This document shows, piece after piece, positions 51,194 through 64,000 of a DNA stretch of 64,000 bases. The notes beneath the pieces were generated by a model. It saw nothing but the letters and a program-made list of their open reading frames with translations. It was not told the origin of the DNA and made no database searches. Position 1 is the first letter of the stretch, and each line of letters begins with the position of its first letter. The stretch comes from Eledone cirrhosa (Eukaryota): positions 7,688,001-7,752,000 of the forward strand of contig OZ024744.1 in NCBI GenBank assembly GCA_964016885.1, given 5' to 3'. The translations under genes and the position numbers were made by a program.

Positions 51194-54100
51194 TTCTTTG
51201 AGTCTCAGTCACTGATGTTGGTTAACTGGAAAGTTTGTTGAAATGAATATCAAGCCACTACCTACAGCCTCAGATATTCAGGACGTATCGGAGGGTTCTT
51301 GCTGTTCCCAGCGTTCCAAAAAGCGTGAAGGGGCCAATTTTCTTGAACCATCCTTGGAAACTTTTTGAGATAGTCCCCAGTGCGCCTATGACAATCGGGA
51401 CCACTTTGACTTCATGGCAGTTCCAAATCCTTTTTACCTCCCACTTCAAATCCTGGTATCGGTTAATTTTCTCCCTCTCCTTCTCATGCACTCTCGTGTC
51501 GAATGGGCAGGCCATATCCACAATCAGACACGATCTTTTTTCTTTGTCCAAAACCACCAGGTCAGGTCTATTGTGTTCCAGCTTCTTGTCCGTCTGTATC
51601 CTAAAATCCCACAGCACCTTCACCTGATCGTTTTCTATCACCGCCTCTGGCTTATGCTCATACCACTTCTCAGAATGTGGTAAATTGTTTACTTTGCATC
51701 GGTGCCAGTGGATCACCCTGCCCATCACATCATGTCTCCAGCCCTTATAGTGATTCTGGGCTAGGTGTTTACACTCGGATACAATGTGAGCCACAGTCTC
51801 CTCTCTCTCTCCACAGATCCTGCACAGTGGGCTAGCCTCCTCCTTTTAAATGTGGTGTTTCAACCACTTCGTTTTGAGGGCCTGCTCCTGCGCAGCCATT
51901 AACTTTCCTTCTGTAGCCTTTTTAAGGTCTCCTCTTTTCAACCAGTTCCATGTCTGTGGATCTCTAAATTCAGTTTTCTCAAAGAAGGTACTATGAAGAG
52001 ATTTTTCCTGAAGGCTGCTCTTCCTCCTTGATGTTATTTCCTCCTTGGACATACCTGGCCTATTGTCCCCTCCTTCAGTACAGTTCTGAGCATTGGCTCC
52101 TTACTATCAGTCACGTATTTGTGTAGGTTGTTTTTCTCCATCTGAACACAGTCCTCTATGCTGATAAGACCTCTTCCACCTTCAGATCTCCTTAAGTAGA
52201 GTCTATCGACATCACTCCTCTTGTGGAACATGTTGTAGATAGTCAATAGCTTTTTAGTCTTCCTATCCATTTCTTTTTGTTCAGCAACATTCCATCTCAG
52301 AATTCCCGCACTGTACCTAATGATAGACACAGCTCGGTAATTTACTGCACTTATGGTATTCCTACTGTTCAGATGTGACTTTAATACGCTCCTTACTCTC
52401 CGAAGGTATTCAGTTCTTATCAATTCCTTCATTTTTTTTGTTCTTGATGTCATCAGCCTTCAGAACGCCCAAATACTTGTATCCTTCCTCAGAGTCAATT
52501 TCTTTTATCAACTCACCTGTTGGTACCTGGATTCCGTTACTTCTGCTCAACTTACTCCTCCTCATCACAAGGACTCCACACTTACTAATACCAAACTGCA
52601 TACAAATATAACTGCTGAAAATACGGAGTGTCAACAAGCACATCCAACTACTTCTCACTCTTCCCGAAGAGCTTAAGATCGTCCATGAAGAGGAGGTGAT
52701 TGATGGTAAGCCCTCCCTTTCCCAACCTGTATCCTGCTCTCACTTTTCGTAGTACACCGGTCAGGGGCATCAGGGCAAGGACAAACAACAGAGGGGACAG
52801 ACTATCTCCCTGGAAGATACCTCTCTTGATCTTCACGCCTCCCAAGGATTCTCCAGTTGATGTTAACTCTGTTTGCCAGGACTTCATACTTTTGCTCAAC
52901 AACTACCTGCTGTTATCTGTCACCTTGAAGATCTCCAGGCTTTTGGTGATCCAAGAATGAGGCACCATGTCAAATGCCTTTCTGTAGTCTATCCATCCCA
53001 TGGCAAGACCAGTGTGTCTCCTCTTGCAATTCCTCATTACCATCTTATCAATAAGTAACTGGTCTTTGTACCACGTGACTTCTTTCGGCATCCTTTCTGT
53101 TCGTCCGGTAACAAGTTGTTTGTGTGGAGGTGATGGTAGATTTCCTCAGACATAATGCTTGTCAACAGTTTCCACATTACGGACAGACATGTAATAGGTC
53201 TATAGTTGGTAACATCATTACCTTGATTCGGTCTTTCATTATCAGAACTGTGGTACCTTTTGTCAACCACTCTGGTACCTCACCTGACATCAAGCAGTTA
53301 TTGAACACGGTTGTCAGTTTCGGGTGGAGGGATGTTATGTTTTTAATCCAATACCCCTGCACACCATCTGTGCCTGGTGATTTCCAGTTGTTTAGCTTTT
53401 TGGCCTGCCTCTTAAGAGTTTCAACTGTGATACTCAAATCAGTTTGTTGGTGTGCTTGTTCACTAATCTCCTTTTATACTGTCTCAATCCACACTGCCTG
53501 GTCATTATGTTTAACATCCTGCTCCCATATTCCTCTCCAGAATGTTTTAGTTTGTTCCGCCTCAGGGATCAAGTCGTTGCCTCTTTCTTTCCCTTCAAGA
53601 TTTCCAAACAGCATCTTCTGGTTGTTGTCAAACATGCGGTTCTGTCTATACTGGCTGACTCTGTTCTCGTATCGCCTGATTTTTGCACTCTTTGCTACAA
53701 TGCGTTGCTTCAGTTCCTCTATGATAATATTTAGCTTTTTCCTCCTAGTTTTGTACTTTATTTCCAGTCTATTTTTAGTGTCTATGTTTTATAGTGTCCC
53801 ATTCAGTAGGGACTCAAGCTTTCCAATGTCATTTCTCATTTCCCTGATTTTACCACTCAGTCATTTCTTCCACCAAGGCTCTGCTCTTTCTTGTCTGTTG
53901 TTTCCTCTCGCTTTTATACCAAGTAGTTTCCTCACCGTATTTGCTGTTGCTTTGAGGATATTGTTGCACTGGTGAAGGCTCCTCGCCTCAAGGTATGGGA
54001 TGACTTTGTTTACCTTAGCTGTTGCTTCTTTTAACTTTTTCCTGTCTACAAATCTTAGGTTCATAGGTCTCCCACTATCATTGTTCAATTCATCTACCAC

Positions 54101-54684
54101 TAAGTTTAGGATATCTACCAAATCTTGTCCTAACCCGTCAGCATTCATCTCCTCGGTGGCCGTATCTCTGTTCCAGGTATTATTTATCTCAGCATTCAGA
54201 TCATTGTCTGTTTCGGGTGGTTCCTCCGTTCTCTCGACCTCTTCAACTTCATTTCCCACTGGCTCGTTTGCCTGGCATACTCCACCCTCCATTTCCAAGC
54301 TAATCTCTCTGCTCTGTTCCTCCAGTTCCAGCTCGCTTATCCACCCATTAGTTCTTATTACCCGAGCCTGCCCGGCCAATTTTTGTTCATCTAATTTAAA
54401 TCTACCAATCTCGTTCCAGATGTTATGCATCCTTTTCCTATAGCCTTTCTCCTTGGGGTTACTCTTCAGGTAACATTGCATAACAGTTCTATTCAATTCT
54501 TTCGTCCAGTTGGTTCTGGTCCCTTTCCTTCTTCTTCTTCCTCCGACACCAGCAGTATTTGGTTGACAGCCAGGTCCCTGCTGCTGAGCCAGGGAGCACC
54601 TGTTGGGTGAGAGTCTGTCACATGACATTCTAGTCTCCATTTCACCGTTATTCGAACTGTTTAGGTTCGACATTTAAACACTCT
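51184..54684 (-). mobile_element. R4/Dong-clade non-LTR retrotransposon (RT + restriction-like endonuclease), full length, inactivated
   Basis: ORF pieces: N-term WTKELNRTVMQCY; NWKSPGTDGVQGYWIK; NYRPITCL; EQKGC; [13 protein letters not shown]; RGIFQGDSLSPLLF; HLLFMDDLKL; YKYLG; CRIC...ETVAHIVSEC; RHD; WDFRIQTD...RPDLVV...D...KEREKINRYQDL. (TAA)n at both ends. Confidence 0.92.
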
Positions 54685-54791
54685 TATTATTATTATTTTT
54701 TTTTTTTCTTCTTCTTCTTCTTCTTCTTCTTCTTCTTCTTCTTCTTCTTCTTCTTCTTCTTCTTCTTCTTCTTCTTCTTCTTCTTCTTCTT
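54685..54791. repeat. (TTA)n-T run-(CTT)n microsatellite
   Basis: Direct inspection. Confidence 0.95.
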
Positions 54792-54794
54792 GAT

Positions 54795-55120
54795 CTACCC
54801 CTTGGTTTCTCGCTGGTTGATTTTGCCCCTTAAAATCTGTCCAGCGATTCTTTCCTGAGACATTCTAACCGCATTCCCACACTATCGGAGTCGTTATCTC
54901 TCAATTTGGAGAAGTAACATTTCTCCAAAGACTCATTTCGTCCACTTCTATTTGCGATCATATTCTTTCAGTCATTATTCAAGATTCATAATCGTAGGTA
55001 GGAGTCAACACAAAACCGAATTGAAGATATCCAGTTTAGCTTTTACCCCTCCCCCCTTCTTCTGTGTGTTGAAGGCTTGTGCACGACTGCACCAACTCCT
55101 GCAATTATTGTACTATATAT
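54795..55120 (-). pseudogene. Old RTE-like RT C-terminal fragment
   Basis: Manual translation near 54930-55020: FVLTPTYDYES*IMTERI*SQIEVDEMS, resembling LTYGHESWVMTERIRSQIQAAEM. Confidence 0.55.
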
Positions 55121-55659
55121 AAAGCATCAGCTACGTTTTTGAAGACATTTCGACTGCACGCTGATGTCATTAATCTAAATACTTGATTAAGAGAATTAAG
55201 AGTAATCACTGTGAATCATATATCTTTGGATGATGTTTTTAATTTGTTATCCCATGTAGCTATTGTATTTTAGACCATCTTGTAGCTTGAATCACAGTAG
55301 AACACCCCCCGGACGAGATCATTTGACCCTCCTCTTATAGCGTGAATCAAGTTTTTAATTTCTTGATAGTTTCAAAACATTTATAATCGCTAGTTTTGCA
55401 GATGTTAGCCACAGTATGCTTGGAGAAGATAGTGATCTTGCCAATAGGATTCGGAGGAACTCCTATGCCTAGAATCATGTAAATACGGACGTTACTCAAT
55501 GGCTGATTGTTTCACTGATACTGCACATCAACCATAATTCATGCCACAATGTAACATATAACCCATGGTTGCGTGAAAACCGGACGACACACTGTGCTGA
55601 AATACATCGATTTGTCCAGCTCCTGGTTGTGTTGTTATTTCGCTGAGGAACTGGAATCA

Positions 55660-56470
55660 TCCTGCATGCACTCGTCCAGTGTCCGAGCATTGCTGACTTG
55701 TGGGTTTATGTCAAACACCTGATGTCGCGTGTAGAACGGATCCGGCTATCAGCTGAGTCCATCGTGAGGATTGCCCCACCCTCTTCCTTTAGCCGGGAAG
55801 GGCAGGAAGTTTTTATCTGTCTGGTGGCCATGGCGAAAGAGATAGTATGGTGGACACGTTTGAAAGGGCTGAAAACGAGCACTTACCTCTTCGGTGATGC
55901 CCTGATTAACTTTTTCAAATTTCATTTGAAAAGGAAAATCAGGGTAGAGGGGGAAGTACTCTCTTCCCAGCATTTTGTTGAACGATCGGCGAGTGACGCG
56001 TATGCCGTCGAAGCAGGTACTGAAGTACGCTACCGTCTCAGAGCCCCTACTTCCCTCGAACATCGGAGATAAGTTGTGGCGAAAGGCCTCCCACATCTGC
56101 CTGGAATAGTTCTGTTCGCGTCCGTCACGGTCCGTCAAAGACCGTTGTGGTTTTATTACCACACTGTGCCTCTTCCACGTGGGCCTATCCAACAGCTTTC
56201 ATTCTCAGAGCACCTGCCTTAGCTCTGACAATGCAACCTTGTGTTTCGCATTGAAGAAATGGTCTAGTGCCATTCTCGCCGCTAGTACGTTAGTTGCAAT
56301 GCCACTACAAATAGCCTCGTCTGACTTAGCTACCAGCTCTTGGTTCCTGAAGATCGACCTTACCTCGACATCCAGGCATTTCCTAAACAGCACTGTCATC
56401 CCGCCTCTCATTCTAACAGATGTGAAGATCAGAAAGTTGTCGACAATGGGGGCTAGTGGGCGCTAGAAAT
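55660..56470. pseudogene. Scrambled Tx1/L1-clade LINE ORF2 fragments in both orientations
   Basis: + strand 55660-55990: HALVQCPSIADLW...AMAKEIVWWTR (C-terminal zinc-knuckle region). - strand 56040-56470: RGGMTVLFRK (APE-like) and LTDRDGRE...QMWEAFR (linker). Confidence 0.65.
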
Positions 56471-57184
56471 CCTTGTTACGCTGATAGAAGTCACATCCAT
56501 ATCTAGTGACCAGAGGTCGTTGAGCTGGCTACACTGCTTCCAGGACGACACCGGGCCACAAAGGTTTAAACATCATATTCCTAGGGTGGCCATTTTGGCA
56601 GGCTAAATAGGAGAGAGGAAAGGTTTACTTATTCCCGGAGGCATGACGTGGTCCGGTGGTTCGATCCCCATGGCTGGTGTTGTTTCCTTTGGCAGGCCCC
56701 TTAAGGGGGTTTCATATCCGGTGTTTCTATGTCCTGAGGAAACTCTTTCTAATTTCTTTGTATGCACCGAGCGACATACGTACTATCGCTAGGTCCTCAG
56801 AGACGCGAAATGTGCTGGTGCCGAATATTTCCCCTCCTTTTCTATGGTTTGTCCATTCAACAGGGTGTCATCGAGTTTAATAACAAGGGCCTTGGTTGTG
56901 AACAGCTCCGAGAGGGTACCGAACTCTCTGGTCCTTTATTTGTACTCTACGTCATTTTTATTGATTTCAGTGCAGCTTCGACTTCAGCCAGGCTGGTTAG
57001 TTCCACCTTGCCAGTCTGCACTGAAAGACGTCGATAATGTAAAGTCCTCCCTTGCATTGCTGCTATTGAGCCAGGATTTTCCTCAATTATACAGCCTCCA
57101 TGTCTGAGTGAAATGTTACTCCTTTTCTGTAATGTCCACTTGAAAAAGGTTTTGGTTCTTGCTGACGCAGCCGCGAACGAGTTC

Positions 57185-57320
57185 ACGCTGCTGTTGTTGT
57201 TGCAGGCGATCACCTTTGTCCTATCACCCTCCTTTTTTCTTTTCGTTGTTGTTGGTGTTGTTGTTATTGTTGCTGTTGTTGGTTGTGTTGTTGTTGTTAC
57301 TGTTGTTATCGTTGTTTGCA
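57185..57320. repeat. (GTT)n-like low-complexity tract
   Basis: Direct inspection. Confidence 0.85.
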
Positions 57321-57387
57321 CTTGTTTTCCCGGTGTAGTGTTGTTGTCATTATTTCCGCTGTTACTCTGATATATTTTATTGGTGCT

Positions 57388-60300
57388 GCTGTTGAGATGT
57401 GGGGTGGGGTTGTTATTGGTGGTGATACTGTCTAATGTAGGGTGGGGTGGGGTTATTATTGGTGGTGATACTGTCTAATGTGGGGTGGGGTGGGGTTGTT
57501 ATTGGTGGTGATACTGTCTAATGTGGGGTGGGGTGGGGTTGTTATTGGTGGTGATACTGTCTAATGTGGGGTGGGGTTGTTATTGGTGGTCATACTGTCT
57601 AATGTGGGGTGGGGTTGTTATTGGTGGTGATACTGTCTAATGTGGGGTGGGGTGGGGTTGTTATTGGTGGTGATACTGTCTAATGTGGGGTGGGGTGGGG
57701 TTGTTATTGGTGGTGATACTGTCTAATGTGGGGTGGGGTGGGGTTGTTATTGGTGGTGATACTGTCTAATGTGAGGTGGGGTGGGGTTGTTATTGGTGGT
57801 GATACTGTCTAATGTAGGGTGGGGTTGTTATTGGTGGTGATACTGTCTAATGTGGGGTGGGGTGGGGTTGTTATTGGTGGTGATACTGTCTAATGTGGGG
57901 TGGGGTGGGGTTGTTATTGGTGGTGATACTGTCTAATGTGGGGTGGGGTGGGGTTATTATTGGTGGTGATACTGTCTAATGTGGGGTGGGGTGGGGTTGT
58001 TATTGGTGGTGATACTGTCTAATGTGGGGTGGGGTTGTTATTGGTGGTGATACTGTCTAATGTGGGGTGGAGTGGGGTTGTTATTGGTGGTGATACTGTC
58101 TAATGTGGGGTGGGGTGGGGTTGTTATTGGTGGTGATACTGTCTAATGTGGGGTGGGGTGGGGTTGTTATTGGTGGTGATACTGTCTAATGTAGGGTGGG
58201 GTTGTTATTGGTGGTGATACTGTCTAATGTGGGGTGGGGTGGGGTTGTTATTGGTGGTGATACTGTCTAATGTGGGGTGGGGTGGGGTTGTTATTGGTGG
58301 TGATACTGTCTAATGTGGGGTGGGGTGGGGTTATTATTGGTGGTGATACTGTCTAATGTGGGGTGGGGTGGGGTTGTTATTGGTGGTGATACTGTCTAAT
58401 GTGGGGTGGGGTTGTTATTGGTGGTGATACTGTCTAATGTGGGGTGGAGTGGGGTTGTTATTGGTGGTGATACTGTCTAATGTGGGGTGGGGTGGGGTTG
58501 TTATTGGTGGTGATACTGTCTAATGTGGGGTGGGGTGGGGTTGTTATTGGTGGTGATACTGTCTAATGTGGGGTGGGGTGGGGTTGTTATTGGTGGTGAT
58601 ACTGTCTAATGTGGGGTGGGGTGGGGTTGTTATTGGTGGTGATACTGTCTAATGTGGGGTGGAGTGGGGTTGTTATTGGTGGTGATACTGTCTAATGTGG
58701 GGTGGGTGGGGTTGTTATTGGTGGTGATACTGTCTAATGTAGGGTGGGGTTGTTATTGGTGGTGATACTGTCTAATGTGGGGTGGGGTGGGGTTGTTATT
58801 GGTGGTGATACTGTCTAATGTGGGGTGGGCTGGGGTTGTTATTGGTGGTGATACTGTCTATTGTAGGGTGGGGTTGTTATTGGTGGTGATACTGTCTAAT
58901 GTGGGGTGGGGTTGTTATTGGTGGTGATACTGTCTAATGTGGGGTGGGGTTGTTATTGGTGGTGATACTGTCTAATGTAGGGTGGGGTTGTTATTGGTGG
59001 TGATACTGTCTAATGTGGGGTGGGGTGGGGTTGTTATTGGTGGTGATACTGTCTAATGTGGGGTGGGGTTGTTATTGGTGGTGATACTGTCTAATGTGGG
59101 GTGGGGTTGTTATTGGTGGTGATACTGTCTAATGTAGGGTGGGGTTGTTATTGGTGGTGATACTGTCTAATGTGGGGTGGGGTTGTTATTGGTGGTGATA
59201 CTGTCTAATGTAGGGTGGGTGGGGTTGTTATTGGTGGTGATACTGTCTAATGTGGGGTGGGGTTGTTATTGGTGGTGATACTGTCTAATGTGGGGTGGGT
59301 GGGGTTGTTATTGGTGGTGATACTGTCTAATGTGGGGTGGGGTTGTTATTGGTGGTGATACTGTCTATTGTAGGGTGGGGTGGGGTTGTTATTGGTGGTG
59401 ATACTGTCTAATGTAGGGTGGGGTTGGGTTGTTATTGGTGGTGATACTGTCTAATGTGGGGTGGGGTGGGGTTGTTATTGGTGGTGATACTGTCTAATGT
59501 GGTGTGGGGTGGGGTTGTTATTGGTGGTGATACTGTCTAATGTGGGGTGGGGTTGTTATTGGTGGTGATACTGTCTAATGTGGGGTGGGGTGGGGTTGTT
59601 ATTGGTGGTGATACTGTCTAATGTGGGGTGGGTGGGGTTGTTATTGGTGGTGATACTGTCTAATGTGGGGTGGGGTTGTTATTGGTGGTGATACTGTCTA
59701 TTGTAGGGTGGGGTGGGGTTGTTATTGGTGGTGATACTGTCTAATGTAGGGTGGGGTTGGGTTGTTATTGGTGGTGATACTGTCTAATGTGGGGTGGGGT
59801 TGGGTTGTTATTGGTGGTGATACTGTCTAATGTGGGGTGGGGTGGGGTTGTTATTGGTGGTGATACTGTCTAATGTGGGGTGGGGTTGTTATTGGTGGTG
59901 ATACTGTCTAATGTGGGGTGGGGTGGGGTTGTTATTGGTGGTGATACTGTCTAATGTGGGGTGGGTGGGGTTGTTATTGGTGGTGATACTGTCTATTGTA
60001 GGGTGGGGTTGTTATTGGTGGTAATACTGTCTAATGTGGGTGGGATTGTTATTGGTGGTGATACTGTCTAATGTGGGGTGGGGTTGTTATTGGTGGTGAT
60101 ACTGTCTATTGTGGGGTGGGGTTGTTATTGGTGGTGATACTGTCTATTGTAGGGTGGGGTTGTTATTGGTGGTAATACTGTCTAATGTGGGGTGGGGTTG
60201 GGTTGTTATTGGTGGTGATACTGTCTAATGTGGGGTGGGGTTGTTATTGGTGGTGATACTGTCTATTGTAGGGTGGGGTTGTTATTGGTGGTGATACTGT

Positions 60301-63300
60301 CTAATGTGGGGTTGGTGGGGTTGTTATTGGTGGTGATACTGTCTAATGTGGGGTGGGGTGGGGTTGTTATTGGTGGTGATACTGTCTAATGTGGGGTGGG
60401 GTGGGGTTGTTATTGGTGGTGATACTGTCTAATGTGGGGTGGGGTTGTTATTGGTGGTGATACTGTCTAATGTGGGGTGGGGTGGGGTTGTTATTGGTGG
60501 TGATACTGTCTAATGTAGGGTGGGGTTGTTATTGGTGGTGATACTGTCTAATGTGGGGTTGGTGGGGTTGTTATTGGTGGTGATACTGTCTAATGTGGGG
60601 TGGGGTGGGGTTGTTATTGGTGGTGATACTGTCTAATGTGGGGTGGGGTGGGGTTGTTATTGGTGGTGATACTGTCTAATGTGGGGTGGGCTGGGGTTGT
60701 TATTGGTGGTGATACTGTCTAATGTGGGGTGGGGTGGGGTTGTTATTGGTGGTGATACTGTCTAATGTGGGGTGGGCTGGGGTTGTTATTGGTGGTGATA
60801 CTGTCTATTGTAGGGTGGGGTTGTTATTGGTGGTGATACTGTCTAATGTGGGGTGGGGTTGTTATTGGTGGTGATACTGTCTAATGTGGGGTGGGGTTGT
60901 TATTGGTGGTGATACTGTCTAATGTAGGGTGGGGTTGTTATTGGTGGTGATACTGTCTAATGTGGGGTGGGGTGGGGTTGTTATTGGTGGTGATACTGTC
61001 TAATGTGGGGTGGGGTTGTTATTGGTGGTGATACTGTCTAATGTGGGGTGGGGTTGTTATTGGTGGTGATACTGTCTAATGTAGGGTGGGGTTGTTATTG
61101 GTGGTGATACTGTCTAATGTGGGGTGGTGTGGGGTTGTTATTGGTGGTGATACTGTCTAATGTGGGGTGGGGTTGTTATTGGTGGTGATACTGTCTAATG
61201 TAGGGTGGGTGGGGTTGTTATTGGTGGTGATACTGTCTAATGTGGGGTGGGGTTGTTATTGGTGGTGATACTGTCTAATGTGGGGTGGGGTTGTTATTGG
61301 TGGTGATACTGTCTAATGCGTGGTGGGGTGGGGTTGTTATTGGTGGTGATACTGTCTAATGTGGGGTGGGGTTGTTATTGGTGGTGATACTGTCTAATGT
61401 GGGGTGGGGTTGTTATTGGTGGTGATACTGTCTAATGTAGGGTGGGGTGGGGTTGTTACTGGTGGTGATACTGTCTAATGTAGTGTGGGGTTGGGTTGTT
61501 ATTGGTGGTGATACTGTCTAATGTGGGGTGGGGTGGGGTTGTTATTGGTGGTGATACTGTCTAATGTGGGGTGGGGTGGGGTTGTTATTGGTGGTGATAC
61601 TGTCTAATGTGGGGTGAGTGGGGTTGTTATTGGTGGTGATACTGTCTAATGTGGGTGTGGTGGGGTTGTTATTGGTGGTGATACTGTCTAATGTGGGGTA
61701 GGGTGGGGTTGTTATTGGTGGTGATACTGTTATATGTGGGGTGGAGTGGGGTTGTTATTGGTGGTGATACTGTCTAATGTGGGGTGGGGCTGTTATTGGT
61801 GGTGATACTGTCTAATGTGGGGTGGCGTGGGGTTGTTATTGGTGGTGATACTGTCTAATGTGGGGTGGGGTTGTTATTGGTGGTGATACTGTCTAATGTG
61901 GGGTGGTTGGGGTTGTTATTGGTGGTGATACTGTCTAATGTGGGGTGGGGTGGGGTTGTTATTGGTGGTGATACTGTCTAATGTGGGGTGGGGTGGGGTT
62001 GTTATTGGTGGTGATACTGTCTAATGTGGGGTGGGGTTGTTATTGGTGGTGATACTGTCTAATGTGGTGTGGGGTTGTTATTGGTGGTGATACTGTCTAA
62101 TGTAGGGTGGGGTTGTTATTGGTGGTGATACTGTCTAATGTGGGGTGGGTGGGGTTGTTATTGGTGGTGATACTGTCTAATGTGGGGTGGGGTGGGGTTG
62201 TTATTGGTGGTGATACTGTCTAATGTGGGGTGGGGTGGGGTTGTTATTGGTGGTGATACTGTCTAATGTGGGGTGGGGTTGTTATTGGTGGTGATACTGT
62301 CTAATGTAGGGTGGGTGGGGTTGTTATTGGTGGTGATACTGTCTAATGTGGGGTGGGGTTGTTATTGGTGGTGATACTGTCTAATGTGGGGTGGTGTGGG
62401 GTTGTTATTGGTGGTGATACTGTCTAATGTGGGGTGGGGTTGTTATTGGTGGTGATACTGTCTAATGTGGGGTGGGGTTGTTATTGGTGGTGATACTGTC
62501 TAATGTGGGGTGGGGTTGTTATTGGTGGTGATACTGTCTAATGTGGGGTGGGGTGGGGTTGTTATTGGTGGTGATACTGTCTAATGTGGGGTGGGGTTGT
62601 TATTGGTGGTGATACTGTCTAATGTGGGGTGGGGTTGTTATTGGTGGTGATACTGTCTAATGTGGGGTGGGGTTGTTATTGGTGGTGATACTGTCTAATG
62701 TGGGGTGGGGTGGGGTTGTTATTGGTGGTGATACTGTCTAATGTGGGGTGGGGTTGTTATTGGTGGTGATACTGTCTAATGTGGGATTGGGTTGTTATTG
62801 GTGGTCATACTGTCTAATGTGGGGTGGGGTGGGATTGTTATTGGTGGTGATACTGTCTAATGTGGGGTGGAGTGGGGTTGTTATTGGTGGTGATACTGTC
62901 TAATGTAGGGTGGGTGGGGTTGTTATTGGTGGTGATACTGTCTAATGTAGTGTGGGGTGGGGTTGTTATTGGTGGTGATACTGTCTAATGTGGGGTGGGG
63001 TTGTTATTGGTGGTGATACTGTCTAATGTGGGGTGGCGTGGGTTTGTTATTGGTGGTGATACTGTCTAATGTGGGGTGGGGTTGGGTTGTTATTGGTGGT
63101 GATACTGTCTAATGTGGGGTGGGGTTGTTATTGGTGGTGATACTGTCTAATGTGGGGTGGGGTTGTTATTGGTGGTGATACTGTCTAATGTGGGGTGGGT
63201 GGGGTTGTTATTGGTGGTGATACTGTCTAATGTGGGGTGGGGTGGGGTTGTTATTGGTGGTGATACTGTCTAATGTGGGGTGGGGTGGGGTTGTTATTGG

Positions 63301-64000
63301 TGGTGATACTGTCTAATGTGGGGTGGGGTTGTTATTGGTGGTGATACTGTCTAATGTGGTGTGGGGTTGTTATTGGTGGTGATACTGTCTAATGTAGGGT
63401 GGGGTTGTTATTGGTGGTGATACTGTCTAATGTGGGGTGGGTGGGGTTGTTATTGGTGGTGATACTGTCTAATGTGGGGTGGGGTGGGGTTGTTATTGGT
63501 GGTGATACTGTCTAATGTGGGGTGGGGTGGGGTTGTTATTGGTGGTGATACTGTCTAATGTGGGGTGGGGTTGTTATTGGTGGTGATACTGTCTAATGTA
63601 GGGTGGGTGGGGTTGTTATTGGTGGTGATACTGTCTAATGTGGGGTGGGGTTGTTATTGGTGGTGATACTGTCTAATGTGGGGTGGTGTGGGGTTGTTAT
63701 TGGTGGTGATACTGTCTAATGTGGGGTGGGGTTGTTATTGGTGGTGATACTGTCTAATGTGGGGTGGGGTTGTTATTGGTGGTGATACTGTCTAATGTGG
63801 GGTGGGGTTGTTATTGGTGGTGATACTGTCTAATGTGGGGTGGGGTGGGGTTGTTATTGGTGGTGATACTGTCTAATGTGGGGTGGGGTTGTTATTGGTG
63901 GTGATACTGTCTAATGTGGGGTGGGGTTGTTATTGGTGGTGATACTGTCTAATGTGGGGTGGGGTTGTTATTGGTGGTGATACTGTCTAATGTGGGGTGG
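57388..64000. repeat. G-rich minisatellite, unit TG(TGGGG)2-3TTGTTATTGGTGGTGATACTGTCTAA (38 or 43 bp), runs off window end
   Basis: Roughly 160 units with an invariant core and a variable TGGGG count; higher-order blocks visible. Confidence 0.98.

Noticed and set aside
56640-56700. tRNA-like GGTTCGATCCC
   Set aside because: No cloverleaf could be folded; at most a SINE or LINE-associated remnant
56947-57321. Thr-rich 124-aa ORF as a host gene or LINE ORF1
   Set aside because: Mostly low-complexity (AAC)n; no domain recognised
57388-64000. CRISPR array, telomere or coding repeat
   Set aside because: No unique spacers and no cas genes; not TTAGGG; 38/43-bp units break frame

Overview
AT-rich, microsatellite-dense eukaryotic DNA with no prokaryotic features. 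The SINE families and (TA)n load suggest a cephalopod (octopus-like) genome; that is inference. The window is bracketed by two tandem arrays: a 4.5 kb triplet-phased GTT/GTG/GGT array (1-4528) hiding an unlisted minus-strand Thr/Pro-rich mucin-like reading frame, and a 6.6 kb G-rich 38/43-bp minisatellite (57388-64000). Between them is a retroelement graveyard. It holds at least seven Penelope-like element (PLE) loci (six Hydra-type, one Neptune-type) with direct or inverted pseudo-LTRs, a young RTE LINE with a TSD inside a pLTR, a full-length but broken R4/Dong-type LINE in a (TAA)n tract, Tx1/L1 scraps, an internally deleted Helitron and several SINEs. The main hidden signal is about 15 minimal type-I hammerhead ribozyme (HHR) motifs from at least 8 sequence families, read by eye on both strands. 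They sit in pLTRs and in many short (60-1100 bp) non-coding palindromic or terminally redundant units nested in (TA)n tracts. In two unrelated families the palindrome axis falls on the hammerhead stem II hairpin, suggesting ribozyme-hairpin-primed fold-back as the source of a class of non-autonomous palindromic elements. No intact host gene can be established. All folds were done manually and need computational and biochemical confirmation.
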